Assembly (NCBI GenBank): GCA_038841535.1
Contig: JAWBTQ010000003.1
Coordinates: 91,174 to 155,173, forward strand
DNA: 64,000 nt
Direction of reading: 5' to 3'
DNA from: Sulfolobales archaeon
GTDB taxonomy: Archaea; Thermoproteota; Thermoprotei_A; Sulfolobales; NBVN01
Below the pieces are notes generated by a model. It was not told the DNA's origin. It searched no databases and saw nothing but the letters and a program-made list of their open reading frames with translations. Both the position numbers and the translations under genes were made by a program. The first letter of the stretch is position 1; each line of letters starts with the position of its first letter. Of this stretch, positions 18,746-28,863 are shown piece by piece.

Positions 18746-19668
18746 GCGAGTTCCTAGATTGGTTTACCCGAACACTGGCATCGGCCTACGTAGTCTATAC
18801 TCTTGCCGGCATCGGGAATACTGTCATAGAAAGGTCTGGTGTTCTCAATCTAGCTATTGATGGACTCTTTGTGTTAAGTGCCTCACTAGCTTATACGTAC
18901 GCTATACAAATGTCATCACTGATTCAAATAGGCTCCCTGGCTACAAGTATTTCGTTACTGCTAGCAGCAGCAACTACAGCTCTTCTATATTCTCTATTTA
19001 TGGTGTTGAATACTGTTTTACCGATAAGTCAGGGTGCTATTGGTCTATCCTTTATGTTTGTAGGATACGGTCTAGCTGCTGTAGTAGGAAACATAGGGAG
19101 GCTCATATTCAGCTTGCGGAGAGTTAGAATAGAGTACATCGGTATGACACACGTTAGTGCGGTCCTCATATATCTTGCTACAATTCTAGCTGTTGTAGTA
19201 GCCTACCTGCTACTCTACAAGTACAAACTGGGAGTGCTGATAAGAGCTGTTGGAGAGGATCCTAGGTTGGTTAGTCAAATTGGTGTTAACGTTACTTACG
19301 TTAGGCTTCTATCAGGTTTACTGGGGGGAGTACTTGTAGGTCTGGGAGGCGCTCTATTTACTTTATGGAGAGTAGGTGGTTGGTCTCAAGGTCAGGGACT
19401 TAACCACGGCTGGCTCGCTTACGCTGTATCCATTGCCGGCTGGAGGTACCCGCCTCTAGTAGCTCTAGTCTCTATATTCTTTTCAGCAGCATATGTATTG
19501 CTCCCCCATTTACAAAGCTTAGGACTGCCCGTAGAGGTATCTACCGCAGCTCCCTATATCACGTCGATAGCTCTCATGGTAGTAGTGTCCACTATGCATA
19601 GAAAAAGTAGATTGCTAGCAGACCCTAAATCTCTGGGGCGATCATTCTTCAGAGAGGAACAAGTTTGA
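18742..19668 (+). CDS. ABC transporter permease
   Basis: ERSGVLNLAIDG, RAVGEDP motifs. Confidence 0.88.
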   Translation: MSEFLDWFTRTLASAYVVYTLAGIGNTVIERSGVLNLAIDGLFVLSASLAYTYAIQMSSLIQIGSLATSISLLLAAATTALLYSLFMVLNTVLPISQGAIGLSFMFVGYGLAAVVGNIGRLIFSLRRVRIEYIGMTHVSAVLIYLATILAVVVAYLLLYKYKLGVLIRAVGEDPRLVSQIGVNVTYVRLLSGLLGGVLVGLGGALFTLWRVGGWSQGQGLNHGWLAYAVSIAGWRYPPLVALVSIFFSAAYVLLPHLQSLGLPVEVSTAAPYITSIALMVVVSTMHRKSRLLADPKSLGRSFFREEQV

Positions 19669-20115
19669 TAGATGTCCGCAATCTATAGCCCAAACATTTA
19701 ACTGCTTTCAAGCGGTGTTTTTGTATGGAGTTAGCTTCTATGTTGATTTATAGCAACCTGCGTCATTACCTCGCGTATTCTTTTGTATTGGCCTCGACCG
19801 CCACCAACCATGAAATATTAGGCTATTTTTTCCATCTTAATGTTTTGTGCTTTGGAATAGATCCAAAACCTTGCTGTTTGTAGCTACCGGAGTTGACCGT
19901 GAAGGTAATGCTCCGAGCCTCCCGCAACTTTAAACTACGCAAGGACTCCATCGTCGGGCTTAACCGCAACTCAAGAATAGCGAGAACGCTAAGTTCGCGT
20001 GCGCAAGGTTAATTTCATTAGTTCATGCTAGATACTGCTAGAGCTGACCTCATATTATCGATTAGAGAAAAGGAAAGAGAAGGTTCAGCTTTCATTAGCT
20101 TGTTACTGCTTACAA

Positions 20116-20931
20116 TTACTTACATAGGGCTAAGCTATCTCTTCTATTTACTTTAAGGATTTTTTCTGCTGATCCTAGGTTTACAGCTAGTTCTGCTAAC
20201 TGTAAGCTGTTCTCGTAAAGCACTAGTGTCCCAGGCGGCACAGCTGAAAATACCTTCTCTACTAAAGCCAGGAATTCGTGGGCACCAACGATTACTCTTA
20301 CTCTATCTCCAACGCTTAATTCGAGGAGCTCTATGATTCTTTTGAACCTCTCGGACAGTACTACGTTTCCAAACCTATCTATGTGGATTACCCAGCTTTT
20401 TACACAATCACCCACTTTCTCCAGTCCAATACGGAGTTTAGGCCTAACTAAGTCACTAGGGCTCACAGGCTCACCTAGAGACCTGAAGTCAATACCGCAC
20501 GCCACTCTCGCGGCAACTGGTATAAATATGTCTCTTCCATGGAACGACCTTGATACTGGTTTCCAAAAGAGTTCCTCGCGAGTAAGAACTACAGCGCTCT
20601 CTAGTCCGTCTTCCTCGGCTGCTATTATCATGAGTCCGTTATCGGGTCCGACAAAGTAGTAGTTTTTACTAGCGATAGCTATGGGCTTTCTAGACGTGCC
20701 TACACCTGGGTCAACAACTGCTGCAAAGACTGTTCCAGGTGGGAAGTATTTATAAGTAGAAAATAGTATGTAAGAGCCGTAGTCGACGTCGAATGAGGGA
20801 ATTTCGTGTGTTATATCTACTAAAGTTATGTTTCGGCAAATCCTCAGAGCTATACCCTTCATTGATGGTACGTAGGGATCTGAAGTACCGAAGTCTGTGA
20901 GTAGAGCTAAGATCCCGCAAGCCTCTCTCAT
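20116..20931 (-). CDS. SAM hydrolase / SAM-dependent halogenase family protein (DUF62)
   Basis: LLTDFG, DITH, VVDPGVG, GPDNG, SFHGRDIF, IDRFGN. Confidence 0.92.
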   Translation of the reverse strand: MREACGILALLTDFGTSDPYVPSMKGIALRICRNITLVDITHEIPSFDVDYGSYILFSTYKYFPPGTVFAAVVDPGVGTSRKPIAIASKNYYFVGPDNGLMIIAAEEDGLESAVVLTREELFWKPVSRSFHGRDIFIPVAARVACGIDFRSLGEPVSPSDLVRPKLRIGLEKVGDCVKSWVIHIDRFGNVVLSERFKRIIELLELSVGDRVRVIVGAHEFLALVEKVFSAVPPGTLVLYENSLQLAELAVNLGSAEKILKVNRRDSLALCK

Positions 20932-21144
20932 AAAAGCTCACCACGGCCTGATCTCCGCTACCCACATATCATTACGCTATAGAAGTACTTATTCGCCTAG
21001 CGACGAAGACATATCGAAAAAGTAGTAAGTGTTACATATTTCGTAAGCCATCGTAGATAGCTTAGCGGAATCAGGACTGCTCACAGCTCTCTTCACGGCG
21101 CTATTTATGAGCTTTTCTCTAAGCTTGTTTAGTGGGTAGTCAAG

Positions 21145-21600
21145 ATGAAAAAGGTTATTGTGGGTTCCGATGACTTGTATTCATGTGCTAAATCAGCAGT
21201 CGAGTATCTCAAGGAAAGAGGTTACCAAGTCGAATTATCTGGCTCACTGAGAACTGGCAAGCCCGAGCCATGGCCAGACGTAGCCTATTCTGTAGCAACT
21301 GCTGTAGCTAAGGGTGAGGCTCACTGGGGGATTCTAGTCTGTTATACCGGCACGGGTGTTTCAATCGTCGCTAACAAGGTCTATGGTGTTAGAGCTGCAC
21401 TATGTAATGACCCGCAGACTGCTCGTGGCGCTAGGCTGTGGAATGACGCTAACGTACTAGCGATGAGTGGTAGACTTGTAACTGAAATTATGGCACGTGA
21501 GATATTAGAAGCCTGGATCTCTATTGAGAGCCCAGACATTTCTGAGTTACCCAACATCGAGAAGCTCAAGGAGATAGATAGAGCTCATAGAAAGCAGTAA
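21145..21600 (+). CDS. RpiB/LacA/LacB family sugar-phosphate isomerase
   Basis: CYTGTGVSIVANKVYGVRAAL, ARLWNDANVL. Confidence 0.88.
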   Translation: MKKVIVGSDDLYSCAKSAVEYLKERGYQVELSGSLRTGKPEPWPDVAYSVATAVAKGEAHWGILVCYTGTGVSIVANKVYGVRAALCNDPQTARGARLWNDANVLAMSGRLVTEIMAREILEAWISIESPDISELPNIEKLKEIDRAHRKQ

Positions 21601-21799
21601 TACTGAATAATTAACGTCTTAACTAATGGGAGAAAGCTCTACGGTCGAGGAGTCTCTCTTCGGGCGAGAGTGCTCTGTAATGGAGAGTCTGGAGCTCGTA
21701 GGTAGGAGGTTGTTATACAGCACAGACTTAGTTACAGTTTCTTAAAGGTAAAGTATTAAAGTATTTATAGCTATGGCATAAAGAGCAATTGGTGGTATT

Positions 21800-23650
21800 T
21801 TGAAGGGTTGGTCAGGAAGATATCTCTACGTAGACCTATCTAATAAAAAGTTTCATTATGTAAACTTTTCTGATGATGTACTGATAAGTTTTATCGGCGG
21901 TAGGGGTCTGGCTATTAAGCTACTATGGGACCTTAACCCAGCGGGTGTAGATCCTCTATCACCAGAGAATCACTTAATCCTTGCGGTAGGTCCCCTTACT
22001 GGTTACCCACTGCCATCTTCAGGTAAGATGGTGGTAGCGTCTAAGTCCCCTCTTACAGGCGGTTACGGTGATGGAAATATCGGGACTAGGGCAGCTGTCG
22101 AGCTCAGAAGGCTGGGGGTCGATGCCGTAGCTATTAAGGGGAGAGCAGAGAAGCCCACTATTCTATACTTGAGTTGCGACGGTGTTGAGTTTAAAGATGG
22201 GAGGGACTATTGGGGGCTCACGACCAAGGAAACTGAGGAGAAACTAGAGAAGGAATTAGGTAAAGAAGTATCGGTTTTAAGCATAGGTCCCGCTGGTGAG
22301 AGGTTAGTGAAGTATGCTACAGTAGTGAGCGAGTTCGGTAGGTCTGCTGGAAGACCTGGTATGGGTACTGTAATGGGGTCTAAGAATCTCAAGGCTGTGG
22401 TTGTAAGAGGCTGTTATCAACCTGAGCCTGCTAACCGAGACGAGCTCTTGAAGCTGGGAGCAGAAGCATATAGAAAGATCAAGGAGTCTCCATCTTACGA
22501 ATTTTGGGTAAGACAAGGTACTATGGCTACTATAGAGTGGTCTCAGAAGAACTCTGTTCTTCCTACGTACAATTTCAGTGAGGGTGTGTTTGATTACTGG
22601 GAGGGGATTGACGGCTTCATTATGGAGTCTATGAAGACTAGGGTCAAAGCATGCCCGAACTGCAATATGCCGTGTGGCAACGTAGTTAAGTATGTAACTT
22701 CAACTGAGTCTGGTGAAGCAGAACTCGATTATGAGAATGTCGCAATGTTGGGTTCTAACATAGGTCTATCACCACTGAATAAAGTTGCTCACATAAACCT
22801 ATTGGCGGATCTCTACGGTATAGACACGATAAGCTTGGGGAGCGTGATTGGCTACTCTATGGAGCTGAGCGAGAAAGGGCTACTAAGGGAGAGAATAGAG
22901 TGGGGTGACTACGCTAAGATCAAGGAGCTCACACGAAAGATAGCGTACCGAGAAGATTTGGGAGACCTTCTTGCGGAGGGTGTTGCTACTATGGCCAACA
23001 GGATAGGAGGTGATGCCTGGAAATATGCTGTGCACGTCAAGGGCCTGGAAGTATCGGCATATGACTGTCACGCCGCGCCCGGTATGGCTCTGGCTTATGC
23101 TACATCACCAATAGGTGCTCACCACAAGGATGCCTGGTTTATTGCTACCGAGATCAGGATAGGTAGGTTTGACTACACTACTGAGAAAGTTGAGAGACTG
23201 GTTTGGATGCAGAACGTAAGAGGCGGTATGTTCGAGTCTCTAGTAACGTGCAGACTTCCATGGGTTGAAGTAAGCTTAGACCTAGACTACTATCCCAAGC
23301 TTCTAACTGCTACTACTGGGTATGCCTATACTTGGGACAAAGTGTTTGAAATTGCGAACAGGATTTACACTCTAATAAGGTCGTTCTGGGTGAGGGAGTA
23401 CGTAGCATCAGGCCTAAAGTGGAGTTACGAGATGGACCTACCTCCGGCAAAATGGTTTACTCAGCCTCTCACTAAGGGCTTGCTAAAGGGCATGAAGCTG
23501 GATGCTGATGGCTACATGAAGATGCTTAAGCACTACTATAGTGTTAGAGGGTGGGACGAGAGAGGGATTCCGAGAAAGTCTACTCTAGAGAAGCTCGAAC
23601 TAGGTAGTGTAGCACCAGAACTTGAAAAACTGGGAGTAAGCTTAAGCTAA
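21800..23650 (+). CDS. Tungsten-dependent aldehyde:ferredoxin oxidoreductase family enzyme
   Basis: GGRGL, SKSPLTG, GSKNLKA, CPNCNMPC, DLYGIDTIS, RGWDERGIP. Confidence 0.93.
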   Translation: MKGWSGRYLYVDLSNKKFHYVNFSDDVLISFIGGRGLAIKLLWDLNPAGVDPLSPENHLILAVGPLTGYPLPSSGKMVVASKSPLTGGYGDGNIGTRAAVELRRLGVDAVAIKGRAEKPTILYLSCDGVEFKDGRDYWGLTTKETEEKLEKELGKEVSVLSIGPAGERLVKYATVVSEFGRSAGRPGMGTVMGSKNLKAVVVRGCYQPEPANRDELLKLGAEAYRKIKESPSYEFWVRQGTMATIEWSQKNSVLPTYNFSEGVFDYWEGIDGFIMESMKTRVKACPNCNMPCGNVVKYVTSTESGEAELDYENVAMLGSNIGLSPLNKVAHINLLADLYGIDTISLGSVIGYSMELSEKGLLRERIEWGDYAKIKELTRKIAYREDLGDLLAEGVATMANRIGGDAWKYAVHVKGLEVSAYDCHAAPGMALAYATSPIGAHHKDAWFIATEIRIGRFDYTTEKVERLVWMQNVRGGMFESLVTCRLPWVEVSLDLDYYPKLLTATTGYAYTWDKVFEIANRIYTLIRSFWVREYVASGLKWSYEMDLPPAKWFTQPLTKGLLKGMKLDADGYMKMLKHYYSVRGWDERGIPRKSTLEKLELGSVAPELEKLGVSLS

Positions 23651-23706
23651 AGCACACTAAAGCTTTATAAGCACAACCACCATTTTTACGTGAAGTAGGG
23701 TGCGGA

Positions 23707-24039
23707 ATGGAGGGTAAGGGAAAGTTAAGCTTAGAGTCAATATGTGGTGGATTACCTGAAGAACTATGCGTACAGATAAGTTCTGAACAACAGATCGTTA
23801 AGATAAGAGTAGAGAAAAGGAAGTTCGGTAAGGAGGTTACTGTAATAGAGGGATTAGACGGTAACGTGTACAATTTAAAGGAGGTTGCTTCAAGATTGAA
23901 GTCGAAGCTAGCAGTAGGAGGGACAGTAAAAGACAACCACATAGAGTTGCAGGGAAATCAGAAAACTAGGGTTAAGCAGCTTCTGATTGAGGAACTAGGT
24001 ATACCTCCAGAAAACATAATAACTATAGAATCTGAGTAG
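23707..24039 (+). CDS. Translation initiation factor aIF1 (SUI1/YciH)
   Basis: ICGGLPEELC, KFGKEVTVIEG, GGTVKDNHIELQG. Confidence 0.92.
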   Translation: MEGKGKLSLESICGGLPEELCVQISSEQQIVKIRVEKRKFGKEVTVIEGLDGNVYNLKEVASRLKSKLAVGGTVKDNHIELQGNQKTRVKQLLIEELGIPPENIITIESE

Positions 24040-24080
24040 CTAAATAACTAAAGTTAAATAATACTATTTTAACAACTTTC

Positions 24081-25019
24081 TTACTCTTCTGGTAGCTGTA
24101 GCTTCAGGCTTTTAACAAGCTCTCTATATCTATTTCTAACTGTTACTTCTGTCACTCCCACAACAGCTGCTATATCTTTCTGAGTCCTCTTTATTCCTAA
24201 CATCTGGGCCGCAGCGTAGACGGCGGCAGCAGCTACTCCGGTTGGGTCTTTGCCTGCTGTAATACCCAGCTTCCTTGCTTCTTCTAGAAGTTCTACGGCT
24301 TTCTTAGCGACTCTGCCACTTAGTCCGAGAGCTGAAACTATTCTCGGCACATAATCCGCCGAGTCTGTTGGTGGGACCCTTATCTCTAGTTCCTTAACTA
24401 GCATTCTGTAACACCTAGAGATCTCGCGTTTATCAGCCTTAGTTACGCCCGAGATCTCGTCGAGTAGCCTGGGTATCTTATGGATTCTGCAGGCTATGTA
24501 AAGAGATGCTGCTGCCACGGCTTCTACAGACCTACCCCTGATAATGCCTCTCTCGATGGCTTTTCTATATATCGATACCGCCTCTTCTTTAATAGACTTT
24601 GGTAGTCCCAGCTGATCAGCTATTCTCTCGAGTTCTACAGCAGCTTGCGTGATATTTCTGTCTATAGAGCTCTGTATTCTTGTCCTCAGCTGCCACTTCC
24701 TCCACCTCATTGCCTCAAGCCTCTTCTTCATCTCAAGCTTCTTTCCTGTAGCATCCTTATCCCTCCAGTCAATTACAGATGTCAGACCTCCATCGTGTAT
24801 CATAGGCGACAAAGGAGACCCAGCTCTAGACCTCTTACTCTCCTCGTCAGAAGTAAAGGCTCTCCACTCCGGTCCTTGGTCGACAACTCTCTCCTCTATT
24901 ACCTCGCCAGTTTCAGAACACACATACTGCCCACGAGACTCATCAAACACTATCTTATCTGGTGGACACTTCTCTTCAATTACCTCTTGCTCTGGATTCT
25001 CAGAAACCATGAAACCCAC
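24081..25019 (-). CDS. tfb: Transcription initiation factor IIB
   Basis: Zn ribbon, DQGPEWRAF, two cyclin repeats, [11 protein letters not shown]. Confidence 0.96.
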   Translation of the reverse strand: MGFMVSENPEQEVIEEKCPPDKIVFDESRGQYVCSETGEVIEERVVDQGPEWRAFTSDEESKRSRAGSPLSPMIHDGGLTSVIDWRDKDATGKKLEMKKRLEAMRWRKWQLRTRIQSSIDRNITQAAVELERIADQLGLPKSIKEEAVSIYRKAIERGIIRGRSVEAVAAASLYIACRIHKIPRLLDEISGVTKADKREISRCYRMLVKELEIRVPPTDSADYVPRIVSALGLSGRVAKKAVELLEEARKLGITAGKDPTGVAAAAVYAAAQMLGIKRTQKDIAAVVGVTEVTVRNRYRELVKSLKLQLPEE

Positions 25020-25108
25020 CGAAAAGTTTATTTTTGCCCACCTTAAACCGCTATCGTAACATTCGAATCGTAGCTTATAAGCTTTTTGCCTAATTTAAAA
25101 TACTTGGA

Positions 25109-25182
25109 GCCGCCGTAGCTCAGCCCGGTGGAGCGCCGGCCTTGTAAGCCGGTGGTCGCGGGTTCAAATCCCGCCGGCGGCT
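25109..25182 (+). tRNA. tRNA-Thr(TGT)
   Basis: Cloverleaf: GCCGCCG acceptor, CCGGC-CTTGTAA-GCCGG anticodon arm, GGTTCAAATCC T-loop, U73; TTATAA upstream. Confidence 0.96.
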
Positions 25183-25367
25183 TCAGCTCCCGTGGGAGCT
25201 GATTGCTTATAAACTCATCGTTTCATGGTCCTCCCTCGCATCCATGAAACCTATAGGTACAAAGGAGGTTCCACATTTAGGCCCAGAGATGAGCAAGCCT
25301 TGATAGTCTTGATAAAGGCTATCCGCGGTTGAGGGCGTATCTAATTAAGACACTAACTAGAGAGTAG

Positions 25368-27443
25368 TTAGTTCTCCGCTAGTACTTGGGGTTGAGTTTG
25401 CTCGCCAGCTTTCTCCTCGGGTTTCTTCCTCAGCTCTCTGTATTCCCTGATTATTTCCTCGAGGTCACGCAGGGACAGCCCTCTCCTGTTCAATTCTCTA
25501 GTCCTCTTAATCTCGTTGATTTTCTTTCTCACCTCAGCCATTCTGCTAGTGACTTCGGAGCCTACTATGGCTACTTTATCTAGAGTACTGTAGTCTACCT
25601 CCTTAGTGACTGGTATAGTCATCTCGTTAACTAATCTAGACAGAGCATCGTCTGGGAAGCTACTAGGCAGTATCAACCCGATCTCCAACTTCTCTACTAA
25701 CGGAGCAACCTTCTCTAGACTACTTAAGGTAGGTCTTTCAATAAACACCATCTCACCCTGCTTCAAATTCTCTAAGCTCTCTAACTGCTCTGCTGTTGAT
25801 ACCTTCCTCACTACGATCAACCTGCCTTCGGCAACTCCTGGTAGAACTCTCGCCAGCTTGAGGTAATGTTCCTTCACGCCCTCGTACTCGGCTCTCAGAT
25901 TATCTAAGTCTCTTACTACGTTGACTAACCTCTGAGTCAGCTCGTAGACTTTGCGGTCCTTCATAATGCTTCTAGATATGCTACCTAACTCAGATTCTAT
26001 TATCGTTTTTAGTTTAGAGAGCTCTACCTCGAGGTTCTTCAATTTGTTTAAAAGTTGCTGCTTCTCTGTTTCGAGAGATTCGATCGTCCTCTCTAGCTCT
26101 CTAATCTTCTTTTTCATGAACTCGTTTGACTCGGCTAGAGCTCTAGCTTCGTGGATCACTTCTAGAACTCTATCAGTAGGTTCCTCACTGCTTAGAGCCT
26201 CTGCTATTATCTCCTCTATTATAGCCGCTATAGGAACTCCCTCAACGATTCTCACTAGGTACTTATCTAAGTTAATTGATGCTTTATCTAGTCCCATCTC
26301 CACTAGCTTACCTTCGAGCTCTCTCATCTTTCCCTCAATAGACCTGTAAGCCTCCACGGCAGCAGCAAGGGAGTCCCTCATATGGGTATCTTTAACCTCG
26401 ATATCATAGAGCTCTGCGTATTCTCTAGAGATAGACTCTTTTTCATAAGCAGCTAGACTGCGTTCGGGACTATACACTCTAGCCCCTAGAGATGCTGCTA
26501 CTCGCCTCACGAACTCTGGCGGTGGCTGCTTATCTGTAGCAACCATCACAACTTTCCCAAGGTTCCGCAGCACTGAGATTACGTCTTCTCTATCTAACCC
26601 CCGGGCCGAGCTTAATGCTACCACACGCCCGTTGAGGTCGAGCACTGCGAGACCTACCTCAATGCCCGGGTCTAGACCAACTATTAGGTGTTTCTGCTCT
26701 TGCTCTTGAGACAGGACTAGATGCTTTATAGACGTAATGTTGATTACCGGTTTTACTCGTACTACTACATCTCGTCCCACGGTGTTTCTAACAAGCCCGT
26801 AAAGCCTTTCCCTATCGCAGTATGCCGTTATTACAGCTGACTCTATCCCACCCTGGCTTCTCCTCAAAGTAATGTCGTATTCTATAGAATTAGACTTAAG
26901 TATTTCTTCTATTTTCTTAACTGCCTGCGCTACTGATGCCCTCAGGTTGCGCTTAAACCTGTTCGCACTAGAGCCACCGGCTCTACCCGACCTTCCCCTG
27001 TAGACATGTATTTTAACTTTCTTACTGAAGACCTTGACCTCCTTGCCGAACCCTCTACTAGCTAGGAAAGCTATGACTACGGCTGAGAGCTTTGAATCTA
27101 GCTTCCCGTAAGGTAACTCGAGACCGGCCTCTCTAGCTAACATGCGTAACTCCTTAAAGCTTTTTTCATCTACATTGACCTGTACTAGCTTGACTCCAGG
27201 AGGCAGTAGCTTCACGAAGTTAGAGACGTTTCTAACAGAACCACCGAGTTCTAAGACGTTGTCTACAGCGAGAACCTCGGGTTTGAGATCCCAGAGCATT
27301 CTTAGTAATCTGCTTACCGTAACCTCATCTACTTTCACTAGAGTTCCGTTACGCAGTACTGCTATCGAATAGACAAACTCGCCTAGCTTACTCCCGGATT
27401 TAGCTACGTCTACACCAAGGTATGTGGGTGCGTTATATTCCAT
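25368..27443 (-). CDS. DUF460 domain protein (RNase H-like folds plus coiled coil)
   Basis: YLGVDV, LAVDNVLEL, IVGLDPG, HMRDSLAAA, long coiled coil. Confidence 0.8.
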   Translation of the reverse strand: MEYNAPTYLGVDVAKSGSKLGEFVYSIAVLRNGTLVKVDEVTVSRLLRMLWDLKPEVLAVDNVLELGGSVRNVSNFVKLLPPGVKLVQVNVDEKSFKELRMLAREAGLELPYGKLDSKLSAVVIAFLASRGFGKEVKVFSKKVKIHVYRGRSGRAGGSSANRFKRNLRASVAQAVKKIEEILKSNSIEYDITLRRSQGGIESAVITAYCDRERLYGLVRNTVGRDVVVRVKPVINITSIKHLVLSQEQEQKHLIVGLDPGIEVGLAVLDLNGRVVALSSARGLDREDVISVLRNLGKVVMVATDKQPPPEFVRRVAASLGARVYSPERSLAAYEKESISREYAELYDIEVKDTHMRDSLAAAVEAYRSIEGKMRELEGKLVEMGLDKASINLDKYLVRIVEGVPIAAIIEEIIAEALSSEEPTDRVLEVIHEARALAESNEFMKKKIRELERTIESLETEKQQLLNKLKNLEVELSKLKTIIESELGSISRSIMKDRKVYELTQRLVNVVRDLDNLRAEYEGVKEHYLKLARVLPGVAEGRLIVVRKVSTAEQLESLENLKQGEMVFIERPTLSSLEKVAPLVEKLEIGLILPSSFPDDALSRLVNEMTIPVTKEVDYSTLDKVAIVGSEVTSRMAEVRKKINEIKRTRELNRRGLSLRDLEEIIREYRELRKKPEEKAGEQTQPQVLAEN

Positions 27444-28326
27444 TAACTAGCCCCTTAACATATCTGATCGCTTTCTCTAGATCCAAGGAAACTCCATATC
27501 TGCGCTTAAAAAATTTAAGTAGATTACCTATGTCTTTCCTCAAGTACTCCTCGGCCAGAGGGTCTTCCCTATTAACGTATTGTGGCCAGTCTATTATGTA
27601 GGGTATTTCATTAGAGTCTCTTACTGATACTACAATATTGTATTCACTTAGGTCTGCGTGAACTATGCCGGTGTTCAAGTAGGCAGTTCTCATAGTTGTG
27701 AGTATAAGGTCTAGCATGTTCTCAGGGTCTTTAGCATTTCTATACCTATAGAGGTCTTCCCCGTCAACGAACTCCATTACTACAGCGTGCTTACTCCATC
27801 CCCACACTCTCGGAGTTAAACTAGTGTGTTTTGATAAGAGCGAAAGGGCTCTGTACTCTCTTTCAGCAGCTAGCTTGGAGGCCTTTAACCAAGAAGGCTG
27901 GTCTGTGAGATATCCCCTATACCTCACTACCTTCTTAAAGCTTACTCTACCTATCTTGTAGAACTTTACGACAGCTATCTCACTAGTGGGGGTTTTAGCT
28001 AGGTATAGTACGCTCTCCTTACCTGTACCTATCGAAGGACCTACGTGAGTTACTACACCTTTTTCAACCAGTTCTAGCAGAGCGAGACAGTCTAGACCGA
28101 GAAACATCAGGCGGTAAGCTGCTCTCGTTAAATGACCCTCTACCAGCTTTTTCATTCTTAAGGCAGAGATTTCTCTAGCAAAGTTCTTCTCAGGTATTCG
28201 AGTCTTTCTGAACAGTAGTTCTTCAGGTACGTACTCGAAGACTCCCAGATTCTCGTCTAAGACGGATAGTATGGATAAGCCTGTCTTACTAATATCCTTG
28301 CATACTCCCGCAAGCTTTAAATGCAT
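27433..28326 (-). CDS. rio2: RIO2-family serine/threonine kinase
   Basis: N-terminal wHTH, GTGKES, HADLSEYNI, IIDWPQ. Confidence 0.88.
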   Translation of the reverse strand: MHLKLAGVCKDISKTGLSILSVLDENLGVFEYVPEELLFRKTRIPEKNFAREISALRMKKLVEGHLTRAAYRLMFLGLDCLALLELVEKGVVTHVGPSIGTGKESVLYLAKTPTSEIAVVKFYKIGRVSFKKVVRYRGYLTDQPSWLKASKLAAEREYRALSLLSKHTSLTPRVWGWSKHAVVMEFVDGEDLYRYRNAKDPENMLDLILTTMRTAYLNTGIVHADLSEYNIVVSVRDSNEIPYIIDWPQYVNREDPLAEEYLRKDIGNLLKFFKRRYGVSLDLEKAIRYVKGLVNGI

Positions 28327-28511
28327 TTCGGTGCTTCCACTCGCATTTAGGGTGTGGATAGTTTTTATGCTTACCTAGGGGTATTACACTTACCGCAATC
28401 TAAGAGCAACGTCCATTAAAGCACTGCCTTACTCAATCCATGAGGTTAAGAATAGGGGTAGATTAAACTACGATTAAAAGACTATATAGCAGAAATCCCC
28501 ATATCGCTCTG

Positions 28512-28703
28512 GTGAACTGTCTGAGCAACAAGAAAACTGTTGAACTAGACTTGATTGAAGAGTATGTCTACTGGGGCGAAAAAAGATATAGATTTAAAGT
28601 AAAAGGCACTAACATAATAGTGAATGTTAGAGCTGATAGCGTTGATGAAGGCGTCGAGAAGGCCATAGAGGTACTCAAAAAAATCGGTTACATTAGTAAC
28701 TAG
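28512..28703 (+). CDS. Small hypothetical protein
   Basis: 63-aa ORF with protein-like composition and an upstream TATA-like element. Confidence 0.55.
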   Translation: MNCLSNKKTVELDLIEEYVYWGEKRYRFKVKGTNIIVNVRADSVDEGVEKAIEVLKKIGYISN

Positions 28704-28863
28704 CACAATTTTGTTAGTCAGCAGTGATGTTTCAGTATACCCGTATTTTCACTCGCAGACGAGAGCCCTGCTCTTCAGGATAGGGGGTCACTCTATTGCT
28801 TTAGACCCTGAGTCTTCTGTTGCAATTTTTAGTCTTAAGTTTCTCTTAATGGTGGGTGCGGCT

